The notes: generated from the letters alone by a model not told the origin. DNA of 63,866 nucleotides, filler included, from Octopus bimaculoides (GCF_001194135.2; 8 parts of 7 records of this genome joined end to end with filler, not necessarily neighbours in it), one strand, 5' to 3'; counted from the first letter of the whole stretch, positions 12,744-25,080 are shown. Made by a program: numbers and translations.

Positions 12744-14992
12744 CTGAGTGAGATAAATAAAAAAAATATGTGTATTCAATCAAAAATTTTACTTTTTGGC
12801 AAAATATCTTTCTATTTTATTTTAAATCTTGCTCCTACCTGAAAAAAAAAAAACATTTTATAAAGCAGACTATAAAAATAATGAAACTACCTATGGAATA
12901 CCTATTATTTTGAAAGTTTTAAAATTGCAGGAATTTTATAGAGAACCATCAAATAAATAATTTCTCTTGAAATTATACTTTGTTTAAAATATTTGATTCT
13001 TGAGCTGGTAAAAAAAGTCTATATAGGTAGTACTGAATGTACAGACATAGGAGACAATATATCTAAAAGCTATAGTCCTTATTATACACTTGTTTCCTCT
13101 TCTACCTTAAGAGCTGTTATCTAACCACATGGTTCTAGGTTCAGTCGCACTGCATAGCACCTCGGGCAAATGTCTTTTACTATAACCTTGGGTGGATGAA
13201 AGCCTTGTGAGTGGATTTGGTAGACAGAAACTGAAAGAAGTCTGTCATATGTGTGTATGCGTCTCTCTCTTTCCCTCCCCTCTCTCCCCCTCCCTCCCCC
13301 TCTCTCTCTCACTGCATATCACCTTGGGCAAATGACTTTTACTATAGCCTTGGGCTGATGAAAGCCTTGTGAGTCGATTAGGTAGACAGAAACTGAAAGA
13401 AGTCTGTTGCATGTGTGTGTGCATATACGTGCATATGCATGTGCCTTTGTGCTTATGTTTAACAACCAGTGTTGGAGTCTTTATATCCCACTTGAGAACC
13501 AGTGTTAGTGTCTTTATATCCCTGTAATTAAGCAGTTCAGCAAAAGAGACTGATAGAATATAAGTGCCAGACTTTGAGAAAAATAAGAACAGGGCTCAAT
13601 TCATTTGACTAAAAATTTTTCAAGCCAGTACCCCAGCATGGCCAATGTCAAATGACTGAAACAAGTAAAAGGTAAAAGAATGTTATGCCAAAAGATAAAT
13701 AGGCAAACAACCTTAACCATGTAACAAAATCTGTCTATACTCTTATTTCACTATTCTAAAACTATATTGGTAAAACTTCAACAAATCTTAATACTATGTA
13801 TTGCATCCTTATTTTCATATCAGAAAAATCTTCATATGGCTAGATTTGAACACACCATCTCATTGAACTGGGTACAAAGTGTGGCATCTGCCCCACTTCG
13901 CTGTAGATTCTCACAAAAGCATATTGGCTAATTGCAGCACCAGCAACTGTTCTGGCACTGCTTTTCGATATATCACTGGTGGTAGATAAGTCACTACTAT
14001 CTCTTAACGGTCAAACGTCCACTGTATAACACCTGGGACAAGTGTATTCTGCTATATCATTAATCATGACAATTAATGCCTTGGGTGAAATTTGATAGAC
14101 AGAAACAGTACATCAGTTAGAAGCCAATTGTGTGTGTGTGTGTGTGTGCGCACACGAACATGTATGTGTTTACATTTATGCCACTTAAAACCAATGCTAC
14201 TTGATGAAACATAAAGCAGTTTGACCAAAACATGTTGACGAAACAGGTACTAAATTTAAAATTAATTACTGTAGTCAATTTCTTAACTAATCCCAAGAAA
14301 GTAGTACCTCAGAAAGAGCACAGCCTAATTTCTGTTAAAACACTAAATGAATAGAAAATATATAAACACCATCCTTAATTTTATATATTGATAGAAATAT
14401 AATTACAACAGTTACCTTATGGCATTTAAAAATATACATGACATAGCTGCATCTTTAGTTACATCTTGATTCATACTTAGCTTTTACAAACATATACATA
14501 AATATTCACACACACACAGACACACATCCCAGCTGATAGGTCTCTGTCTTGCAAATTACTTGGTGACTTTGCTGGTGCTGATGCCACATAAAAATGCACC
14601 CAGTACACTCTGTAAAGTGGTTGGTATTAGGAAGGGAATCCAGCCATAGAAACCATGCCAAAGCAGACAGTGGAATCTGGTGTGGCTCTCCAGCTTGCCA
14701 ATTACTGTCAAACTCTCCAATCCATACCAGCTTGAAGGACAGACATTAACTGATTATGGTGTATAGATCTTGGCATTTTTTTTTCTTGTTCTTGTACAGT
14801 AATAATTATTTTATATACTCAAATACAATTCAAAACACTTCAAAGAAATGCAGAAAGAGAATTTGAAAGTGATATAACTAAAGATGCAGGAATGTCACAA
14901 ATTTTGCTACCCTGATATTCTTCCTTCTATCCCTCCGTCCTCCTATCTATACAAACGTGGAATGAGAATGTAAAATAGTGAAAATATATTAC

Positions 14993-15019
14993 CTGAATAT
15001 ATAAGAATCTTGCTTCATC
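14993..15019 (-). CDS. EIF2AK4: 27-nt microexon of the GCN2-like kinase (DEARFLYIQ)
   Basis: Acceptor attttttcAG, donor CAG|GTAATA, phase 0-0. Joined to 12743 it restores the eIF2-alpha kinase motif FLYIQMEYCE. Confidence 0.8.
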
Positions 15020-16093
15020 CTGAAAAAAATAAATTGAAAAATACATTTAAATAGTTAATAATAAACAATTTATTTTGAATACATATATCCAAAATATATT
15101 AAAAAAAAAAAAAATATTGAAAACTAAAGCAAAGTATTTGTTAGTATTTGAAGATGTATCACAGGTATTCTGATTTCTAAACAAGAAAAATGGAAGAACT
15201 CTTTATGTTTATGTATTTGTTTTGCAAGGTCCTTGATGTGAAATTGTGTGTTAAAGCAGATACTGTTATACTTGGGGATGTTCAAATATTTGTCAGTAAA
15301 ACACATATATATTTAGTCCTTCACTTCAGTTGTACTATTATTATTATTATTTTAGTTTCTTTTGCCACACATCCTGTGACTTCCTCAGTAACACTTTATC
15401 CCACATGTTTCCTCTTAGTTAAAATTGCTTAGTATTAAAAGTTAAACCTACTTTCTGTAACATATAAAAGAATGAAGATGAAAACATTCTAAAAGTAGGG
15501 TCTTGCAGTCAGAATTCAGTAAATTTATGTAACATCTCAGGAAATGAAAATGAAAAGTTACAATTATTAACAGAAATATTTAAAGAAGACTACACCAGGC
15601 TACTGTGTCTGTTTTGGCAGGGTTTTTATGGCTGGATGCCCTTCCTAACACCAACCACTCGGCAGAATGGACTCAGTGTTTTTTACATGACACTAGCACA
15701 GGCAAAGTTAGTTTTGGTAAGATTTTTACAGGTGGATGCCCTTCCAAATGCTAACCACTTTACAGTGTAGACTGGATGCTTTTTATGTGGCATCAGCACT
15801 GGCAGGGTCACCAAGTAACTTACAAGACAAAGAATTTTGAGAGGAGCAGGGGCATTGGAGGAGGGGATCTTGTATCAGATGACGAAAGATTAGAGTGCAA
15901 CAGAGTGGCAGAAACAGGTGTCTTGCTATAATGGAGGGGGCATTGGAGGAGGTGATCCAGTGTCAGATAATGAAAGGTTAGAACATGACAGAGAAACAGA
16001 GAGGCAGAAAAAAGTGGGGATGTGTGAAATATTTACAATCATTGACTACAAATATTTAGAAAAGGTATATAGAATAAAAGTGTAAAGAAGCCT

Positions 16094-16155
<62 letters not shown>

Positions 16156-16424
16156 ATGTTTACCCTTACCACTGCTTGACAACCAGTATTGGCATGCTTA
16201 TGTCCCTGTAACTTAATGGTTTGGTAAAAGTAACTGATAAAATTAGTACCAGGCTTAAAAAAAAATCCTGGCGTCAATTAATTTAACTAAAAATTCTTCA
16301 AGGCAGTGTCCCAGCATGACCACAGTCAAATGACTGAAACAAGTAAAAGATAAAAGTTATAAACCACTTTGAATATCATTTTAGAAAGTTTAAAGTTATT
16401 TCTTTTGTGCTGCAAACTATTTAC

Positions 16425-16494
16425 CATTTCTTTGGTGCTTCGATTCTCTTGACGCTTAAGCACATGCTTATTTTGCTTAATGTTTAATCCTGTG
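16425..16494 (-). CDS. Candidate kinase-insert exon C (TGLNIKQNKHVLKRQENRSTKEM), 70 nt
   Basis: Acceptor ttctatcacttcatacaaccAG, donor ATG|GTAAAT. One open frame, entry phase 2 and exit phase 0, the same as exon B. Confidence 0.4.
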
Positions 16495-16582
16495 CTGGTT
16501 GTATGAAGTGATAGAAATAATGGAAAACATATGATTTTACAGTTAATTATCTTCCTTTTTTAACAATATAAATAAATATTAC

Positions 16583-16640
16583 CTCGAATATTAATTCTTC
16601 ATCATTATCATCTTCATTTTCTTCTTGACCATCAGATTTC
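16583..16640 (-). CDS. Acidic kinase-insert exon B (KSDGQEENEDDNDEELIFE), 58 nt
   Basis: Long pyrimidine tract then tattAG; donor GAG|GTAATA; only one open frame. A D/E-rich stretch ending xxIFE resembles the GCN2 kinase insert. Ends in phase 0, so it can join the 27-nt exon. Confidence 0.65.
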
Positions 16641-16739
16641 CTAATAGACATCAAATGTAAGGGAGAGAGAGAAACCAGAGATTATCTTTTTTCCTTTTCA
16701 AACGGATCAAAATAAGCTTTTCTTCAATAGAATACTAAC

Positions 16740-16791
16740 ATATTTCCTATCATTGTCCCTAATCAATGTTCCTTTCAAAAGTTTTGAACAC
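16740..16791 (-). CDS. Candidate kinase-insert exon A (CSKLLKGTLIRDNDRKY), 52 nt
   Basis: Acceptor atgttttattAG, donor GTTAGT. One open frame, same phases as B and C; shares the tripeptide DND with B. Confidence 0.25.
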
Positions 16792-16825
16792 CTAATAAAA
16801 CATAATAAATATTTATTTAATATAG

Positions 16826-17200
16826 GTGCAGGTGTGGCTGTGTGGTAAGAAGCTTGCTGCCGAACCACATGGTTCTGGGTTCAGTCCCACTGTGTGGCAC
16901 CTTTGGCAAATATCTTCCACTACAGCCCCAGACTGACCAAAGCCATGTGAGTGGATTTCGTGGAAGGAAACTGAAAGAAGCCCTTCATATATATATATAT
17001 ATATGTAAATGTTTGTGTCTGTGTTTGTCCCCCTACCATCACTTCACAACCAATGTCGGTGTGTTTACATCCCCGAAACATAGCGGTTCAGCAAAAGAGA
17101 GTGATAGAATAAGTACTGGGTCAATTCATTCAACTAAAGATTGTTGAAGGCAGTGCTCCAGCATGGCTACAATCTAATGACTGAAACAAGTAAAAGATAA
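16826..17200 (+). mobile_element. Bipartite tRNA-headed SINE split by a (TA)n/(TG)n spacer
   Basis: Head gtggctgtgtggtaagaagcttgct...ggttcagtccca and tail ...aatgactgaaacaagtaaaagataaaag. Other copies or halves lie near 670-980, 7845-7998, 13120-13680, 16155-16350, 20260-20480, 21140-21285, 30160-30295, 36090-36255, 38395-38585, 46795-47125, 48110-48248, 51270-51390, 59250-59450, 61040-61200 and 62620-62750. Confidence 0.8.
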
Positions 17201-17356
17201 AAGAGGCAAACATGGCCATGTGACTAAGAACTTCACTTTGCAATCATGTGGTCTGGGTTTGATCTTACTGAACAGCCACTTGGGCAAGAATCTTCCACAC
17301 AGCCTCAGGGTCACCAATGCCTTATAAGTGAAATTTGGCACATGAAAATTTTGTTA

Positions 17357-17538
17357 AAGCACACACATTCATATGAAAGCACACACATTCATATGAAAGC
17401 ACACACATTCATATGAAAGCACACACGTTCATATGAAAGCACACACGTTCATATGAAAGCACACACGTTCATATGAAAGCACACACTTTCATATGAAAGC
17501 ACACACGTTCATATGAAAGCACACACATTCATATGAAA
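17357..17538 (+). repeat. 20-bp minisatellite (aagcacacac[a/g/t]ttcatatga) x9, running into a gap
   Basis: Directly visible head-to-tail units. Confidence 0.95.
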
Positions 17539-17638
17539 NNNNNNNNNNNNNNNNNNNNNNNNNNNNNNNNNNNNNNNNNNNNTTAATTAATTAANNNNNN
17601 NNNNNNNNNNNNNNNNNNNNNNNNNNNNNNNNNNNNNN

Positions 17639-17689
<51 letters not shown>

Positions 17690-18265
17690 ATATATATTAC
17701 ATTATACATACATATATGACGATATATTTATAAAGGTTTAGTTCTAGCGGATCATCTATTTTGAGTTTACCTGAACACTATCGACAGGGTTAGCAGCCTT
17801 CGCTAACCGCGCACGCGTGTTGGTGTGAGTGTATCTCATGTGTATGTCTTCGTCTATGTTGCCCCACGAATTATTTTTGAGCATTCATGTGTAGGCTTGT
17901 ATTTACCTATATAAATGTGAGTCTACTATGTTTATCTGGAGTGAATAACGTTATTTGTTTGTACTTATATATATGCATTTATGTATCTACGTAAGCACAT
18001 GAATAGGTGTATATGTTTGTACGTATACCTGTATGTATGTATATATGTATGTATGTATGGATTTATGCAAATATGTATGTACGTCTGTGTATTGAGCGTG
18101 CATGAATGAAGACTTCAGCATGTCTGGGCAAATCTAATTTATTTGCACTGGTGCATTGTGGGAGATTTAGGCGCCATTAAAGCTGGAATATGTCTGGAAG
18201 TACCTCTCATCCTCTCTCATGCTTTCTCGCAGTCGCTCATTATACGTTTATCTACCTACCGCCGT

Positions 18266-18321
<56 letters not shown>

Positions 18322-18906
18322 NNNNNNNNNNNNNNNNNNNNNNNNNNNNNNNNNNNNNNNNNNNNNNNNNNNNNNNNNNNNNNNNNNNNNNNNNNNNNNN
18401 NNNNNNNNNNNNNNNNNNNNNNNNNNNNNNNNNNNNNNNNNNNNNNNNNNNNNNNNNNNNNNNNNNNNNNNNNNNNNNNNNNNNNNNNNNNNNNNNNNNN
18501 NNNNNNNNNNNNNNNNNNNNNNNNNNNNNNNNNNNNNNNNNNNNNNNNNNNNNNNNNNNNNNNNNNNNNNNNNNNNNNNNNNNNNNNNNNNNNNNNNNNN
18601 NNNNNNNNNNNNNNNNNNNNNNNNNNNNNNNNNNNNNNNNNNNNNNNNNNNNNNNNNNNNNNNNNNNNNNNNNNNNNNNNNNNNNNNNNNNNNNNNNNNN
18701 NNNNNNNNNNNNNNNNNNNNNNNNNNNNNNNNNNNNNNNNNNNNNNNNNNNNNNNNNNNNNNNNNNNNNNNNNNNNNNNNNNNNNNNNNNNNNNNNNNNN
18801 NNNNNNNNNNNNNNNNNNNNNNNNNNNNNNNNNNNNNNNNNNNNNNNNNNNNNNNNNNNNNNNNNNNNNNNNNNNNNNNNNNNNNNNNNNNNNNNNNNNN
18901 NNNNNN

Positions 18907-18962
<56 letters not shown>

Positions 18963-19913
18963 TATGTGTTTAAAATTCACTGATGAAGTGAACTCGTGCA
19001 AATAAAGTGACGAAGTGTACAAATTTTGTGAAACTTCATAAGATTTCATGTTTTCCACATTCAACCAGAATATTTTACTGCAAGAGGTATAAACAGTAAA
19101 TGCAACCACAGAAATAATCAGAGTTTGCAATCTTATTAGTTTTCAAATTCCGAAAACATTTAGGTCAACCTTTATTTAATTTCTCTGCTTCTTGACCCCG
19201 AGCAACTCCTTGTAAAGTAAGGTCAGGGATAAATAAATATACAAAGACTCAAAAGCTGAAGTAGTGAGGTGAAATATGTACAGTGATGGGTATGTGACCA
19301 TGAATTCAGATATATATACTGAGACCAAAGTTGGTTATGCGTTCATATTGAGGCGTGTTCTGTATTTTTCGATAAATAAATTTTCTTTATTTAAATGTTA
19401 TTGTACGGGGAAGACTGAAGTTTGGTTGGATATTACCTGCACATCTCCCTATGTGTTCACTCAAAGGAATCTGCCTGTACTTTGGGAAGCAGATCTGTTC
19501 CTTATCTGAGGGAATCGGGTACTTAAATGCTATACACCAGTTTGGGTTTATTTAACCTGTAAGCACCACCTCTAGTCGGATCAATATACTGGTTACTGAA
19601 GTAATCCAGTGAGATTTTTAGGCTTTAGACACAGAGAAAAGCCGCCGCTACGAGCATTTAACACCTAGAGGCTGGTCCAAATTATACCCTAGGATGTCCA
19701 AGGGGTCGTGAATCCCTTTGGTGTAATATTAGCAAGGAAAGATTTTGTTTTGAAATTATGTGGATCATCTGATGAATGTGGTTTTTTTATTACTATAATG
19801 TAATGTACTCATTGATCAAATAAAAATGTGTAAGAAACAGCTGTAATGAACTGACACTTATCCATCGTCTGTTGTCTTTTCTTTGCTGTATATACATACA
19901 TACATACATACAT

Positions 19914-19950
<37 letters not shown>

Positions 19951-20205
19951 NNNNNNNNNNNNNNNNNNNNNNNNNNNNNNNNNNNNNNNNNNNNNNNNNN
20001 NNNNNNNNNNNNNNNNNNNNNNNNNNNNNNNNNNNNNNNNNNNNNNNNNNNNNNNNNNNNNNNNNNNNNNNNNNNNNNNNNNNNNNNNNNNNNNNNNNNN
20101 NNNNNNNNNNNNNNNNNNNNNNNNNNNNNNNNNNNNNNNNNNNNNNNNNNNNNNNNNNNNNNNNNNNNNNNNNNNNNNNNNNNNNNNNNNNNNNNNNNNN
20201 NNNNN

Positions 20206-20259
<54 letters not shown>

Positions 20260-21330
20260 TCAACACCGGTTGTCAAGCAGTTGTCTCTCTCCACTGCTTG
20301 AGAACCGGTGTTGATGTATTTACATACCCGTAATTCAGCAATTCGGCAAAAGAGACTGGTAGAATAAGTATTAGACTTAAAAATATGTCCTGGGGTCGAT
20401 TTGTTCGACGAAAATTCTTTAAATGCGGTGCTCCAACATGGCCGCTGTCAAATGACTGAAACAAGTAAAAAAAGAATAAAAGAAACACTGGAAACACTCA
20501 TCATTAGTTTGAAATTAACAACGGTTGATAGTTGAACGTTTTAAATGTCATCTAACATCATAAGCCAGTCACATGTTTCATGACGCCAAGTAACTTTCTT
20601 CATGCTTCAGTAGGATTTTTCTTAAGGATGGATTTGGACATGTGGTTGTATATTGAAATTAATTCCGTCTTGTTTGTTTACAATTGAAGCTTGATAGCGA
20701 AGAAAGTGGAGTTTTTTTTTTCTGAAAGAAAGAAAGAGACAATTTGTCGCGAATTTGTAGTATCTTAACTTATTCCTAAACGTTGCTACTTTATTCAGGA
20801 TTTTTCACGATTCTTTTTTTTCCCCTCTTTATTGATCTCTAAATAAATTTCCAAGCGTTTGCCTATTTACTAAGTGACGATGATCGAATGATTTGTTGCG
20901 CTGGTGTAGGAGATTTTTAAACGAATGCTCTGTAAATCGTCGCAATACACAGTTGGTAGAAATGCTAATTGCTTTTAGGCTTTTATCAAGGCATCTCTCT
21001 TTAGGAGAAAGAGCAAGGATAAGTTTAGGGTTAAGACACAGAAGTAATCCCTTTGTTAGTGGTAGGTTTATGTGTTGTATTATTGGGCCAAAATTTAGCA
21101 TTAGGTTTAGATTCAGGGATTGTTTAAGAATAGTTTTAAGCATGATAAGAAGTTTGCTTCCTAACCACATGATTCCAGGTTCAGGTCCACTGCGTGGCAC
21201 CTTTGGCAAATATCTTCTACTATAACTTCAGGCTGACTAAAACCTTGAGGCCTTGTGGGTGGATTTGGTACACAGAAACTGAAAGATGTGACATTCTCTG
21301 TCACACTGAATATCCCTAAGAACAACGTTG

Positions 21331-21374
21331 GGGTTAGGGTTAGGGTTAGGGTTAGGGTTAGGGTTAGGGTTAGG
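21331..21374 (+). repeat. Interstitial telomere-like (TTAGGG)7 with degenerate flanks
   Basis: Seven perfect GGGTTA units; degenerate TTAGG-like units continue to ~21530 and also occur at 21020-21140. Confidence 0.9.
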
Positions 21375-21651
21375 ATTAGAAGTTAGATGGAGGGTTAGGG
21401 CTAAGGTTAGGGCTGGAAAGGAAATTAGTTTTATGTCAAGGTTGAGGGTCACGGTCTGAAGTTAGGTCTGGGTTAGAGTTAGTATTATGATTAAGTGTAG
21501 AAGTTCGAGTTCGGATTAGGATTATACATTATTGTTTGGTGGTTTGTAAAATTAATCTCTATTCAAAGCTGTTCTTTGTCCATTTTTTAAGTTTAGGAAA
21601 CTTGTGAAACTTGGAATCTTCTAAATCGACATAAACATGCACAGTCAGACA

Positions 21652-21721
<70 letters not shown>

Positions 21722-21797
21722 GCTAATATATATTATATATATTGTGTATATATATACATGTATTATATATATACATATATTATATATATACATATAT

Positions 21798-21833
<36 letters not shown>

Positions 21834-21992
21834 TGTATAATGTTCATGTATTTGACTAGGATTAATGGATTAATGATTTTTAGGCTTCTAACTCGATGCT
21901 ATGTCACACTTCATGCTTTATCTCGAGTATAATGTAGTATTTATGGAATTCCTGGAATGCATAACCCACAAAACATTAACTCAAAAACACAA

Positions 21993-22061
<69 letters not shown>

Positions 22062-22697
22062 CTGTCTGTCTGTCTCTCAAGTGTGTGTGTGTGTGTGTGT
22101 GTAAAATTAAAAATAAAATGAATGATGTGAAATAATTCAAAGTGATAATATGAAATAGGATATTTAAGATAAAGTGCGATGTACTGAATGCTATACGCAA
22201 TAAATTCTTAACTAATTAATATTAATTAATTGAAAATTCCGATTTAGTTCTGTGAAAAACAGAAATGCTATAGATATTGTCAGTGAGTCCTAACCAACAG
22301 GGAACATAATTTCAAAATTGAACTAATCTCCGAGAGCTAATTTGCATATTTATGTTAACGCTAGCCAAATCATTGTTTCTAGAGAACGGATTATTGTGGA
22401 CATATTGTGGACATATGGTTTTATACATACTGTCAGTGTAGTAACGCATAACTAAGATAGATTTTTGTATGTAGGAATATAGTTATACAACATACCGACA
22501 TACCGTGAGAGCGATGGATATGAATTTCGTTGCGGCTTATCATTAACACGTACTCGCGTAACTCCCGAAGCAAAATCGAATCGGTTATATACAGTTAGTG
22601 CATAAACTATATACTGGTTTGCAAAGGTGTTGCATAAGCAACACTTCTGGGGAGATTTCGTTTCGCATATTTCTGAAGTATATTGTGTTTATTTTAG

Positions 22698-22750
22698 CAC
22701 AATATGTGCATAAAGGAATTTTTTCCCCGGACGAATATATATATACCGGA
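22698..22750 (+). CDS. Candidate 53-nt exon, unassigned
   Basis: Acceptor tgtgtttattttAG, donor GA|GTAAGC; two frames are open (QYVHKGIFSPDEYIYTG or HNMCIKEFFPRTNIYIP). Confidence 0.22.
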
Positions 22751-22785
22751 GTAAGCACATAATTCCTTTCCTATTTCTAACAAAA

Positions 22786-22823
22786 CTGTCCGATGAACGG
22801 GAACGTGAAACTCCGAGTAACAG
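22786..22823 (+). ncRNA. Minimal hammerhead-like motif with U4C core variant
   Basis: CUGU-CCGAUGA-ACG(GGAA)CGU-GAA-ACUC(C)GAGU-A-ACAG: all three stems pair, GUA triplet, GNRA loop on stem II. Confidence 0.6.
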
Positions 22824-22857
22824 TATTTTGTTATATTTCTGCTGCTTTTAAATAAAG

Positions 22858-22888
<31 letters not shown>

Positions 22889-23366
22889 TTGACATGGGCG
22901 ATTCTTTCTTGTCTTGAGATTCACGGTCAAACGACTGGGTAGAATTGCGCGAAAAATTACACAGATGTGTAGAATGATCCGGTGGTGTTGCTGGGCTTTG
23001 TATCTTTCATAGCTCCCACGGCTACCGAGATAATCTACTATAATAATACTCTTGTGTCTATGAATGAGAAAGGAAGGGGTGATAGATGAATAAGGAAGGA
23101 AGGGGTGATGTCATACTTGGTAGTGGGATGATGAAAATTGTACGCTGAAAAAATAAATGAAACAGCGTTTCAAATCTGTGTGAATATATGTGTGTGTATG
23201 TAAAAGAGGGGTATGTGAATGTGTGTGTATTTGTGTGCGTGCGTGTGCGCATGTGTGTGTGTGTGTGTGTGTTTGTGTGTGTGCGAGTGCGCGCACAATG
23301 GAAGTGGGATGGTTCATCTTTGTTACCTTAGTATTTGGGTTTGTTTTTGATTTGGTTGAATCCTGG

Positions 23367-23480
23367 GTTTTTTTGTTGGTCAGTTTTTTTTTGTTGGTCA
23401 GTTTTTTTTGTTGGTCAGTTTTTTTTTGTTGGTCAGTTTTTTTTGTTGGTCAGTTTTTTTTGTTGGTCAGTTTTTTTTAG
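23367..23480 (+). repeat. 17-18 bp tandem repeat (T8-9)GTTGGTCAG x6
   Basis: gttggtcag at 23375, 23393, 23410, 23428, 23445 and 23462; the array ends T8-AG. Confidence 0.95.
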
Positions 23481-23663
23481 CATTTTGACAGAAAGAAGCC
23501 ATTCTAAAATTGTTTTTTAACGTAAGCGTGCCCAAACAAGTCGAATACTTATACAGAGCAGGTTTTACAGCAACATCATCCAAACCGACCGGGTGAAACC
23601 GGGCTTAGCTGCTAGTATATATATATATACTTTATTTAAAAGCAGCAGAAATATAACAAAAAG

Positions 23664-23701
23664 CTGTTACTCAGAGTTTTACGTTCCCGTTCATCGGACA
23701 G
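23664..23701 (-). ncRNA. Second copy of the U4C hammerhead-like motif, with G12A (probably inactive)
   Basis: CUGU-CCGAUGA-ACG(GGAA)CGU-AAA-ACUC(U)GAGU-A-ACAG. Confidence 0.45.
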
Positions 23702-24719
23702 TTTTGCTGCTTTTAAATAAAGCATATTACTCTACCTTTGGTATTTGAGTACTCTTTTTTTCCACCTTGTTGCACATTCATATATATAGATGTATATGCT
23801 TAAATGATGGGAATTATTTCGAAAGGACAAAAATGTGAGGTCCAATAATTTCGCTTAGGGAGCCCCGAGATAACTTAGAAAGAACCCAATGACATAATTG
23901 CTTTATTTTTGTCTTTAAAACTCAGAAAGAATTATTGGTGATTAAACGAGATTTTATTGCAAGCCGTAATAAATCTGATATCCGATTCACTTTTTGGTGC
24001 CAAATTATTTGCAAAAACTGAAGTTTGATAAAGTAGCTGTTTTGTAATTGTAGGATAAAATTCTGTTATGATGAATTGTGTAAATTTACGATGTTGTGTT
24101 TCATTAATACAGTTGAACTCTTTTATGACGAAAACACTTATTCTATTATGGAAGGGAAATGACTTTCTTAGTATAAAGATAATTGAATTAGGATATTGTT
24201 GATGACTATAGCTAACTCACTTTAATAATGGTTAATTAAACCACACTTGGGATTATTAACAAATTGTGTTTATGACCTTTAAAGGTGATGTAGGGTTTTT
24301 GACCCCAAGTTAAATAGTCAACTCTATCATCTATTGTAAGGCTAATAATTATTTGTTTGGTTTCAAGATTTATGGAAAATTATGTTTTACAGTAATATAT
24401 TTTGGTATTTAATGTGAATATTATGCTGACATAGATTTAATAAAAATCTTTGGATTTGCTGGACGAAACGTGAATGTTTTTAGAATCTTGCTTAAAGAGT
24501 CACGAGATTTAATTTGTGTGTATGAATCTGTGGGTATGTTTCTTTGCGCGTATGACGGAGAGTGAGTGTGTGTGGCTATGTACGTGCATTTGTGGTTGTA
24601 TTTCTGCCATGAGAAACTCGAGCTGTTGCTGACGGAGAGGTACTTCATAGCAGTAAATATTCTTTGCCATTTTACCTATAACCAAACAAGTGAAAATTGA
24701 TTGCATCAACGTTAAAGAA

Positions 24720-25080
24720 GAATATGTGACTCTGACCATGGATGAGGTTGACACAAATCCCAGCTGCTGGCCCTCATGGATTCCCAGCAATCCTTCTCAA
24801 ATCGTGCAAACGAGCCCTTGCAAAACCACTGTAGCTTTTTTTTTCAGAGCTTTCATGCAGGTGGTAAGCTCCTAGACAAACTGAAGGAGGGAATAGTATG
24901 CCCCTATCCATAAAAGAGGAAGCAGAGCAGATGCTAAAAATTATAGGCTTATTTCTCTGACCTCGCATATCAGCAAAGTCATGGAAGAAACACACCACAA
25001 GAAACTAGTCACGTTTCTTGAAGAAAATGACTTGCTGTCTGACAGTCAGCATGGATTTCGACCAAGTAGAAGCTGCCTGA
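24720..25080 (+). mobile_element. CR1/L2/Jockey-group LINE reverse transcriptase fragment
   Basis: AAGPHGFPAILLKSCKRALAKPL...IHKRGSRADAKNYRLISLTSHISKVME...SDSQHGFRPSRSCL, frameshifted. Confidence 0.85.

Noticed and set aside
17357-17538. CRISPR-like appearance of the 20-bp and 40-bp arrays
   Set aside because: Units are head-to-tail with no unique spacers, there are no cas genes, and the context is eukaryotic.
18961-19240. SLYLHEF and VARGQEAEKLNK as kinase N-lobe exons
   Set aside because: No glycine-rich loop follows, and the splice sites are weak.
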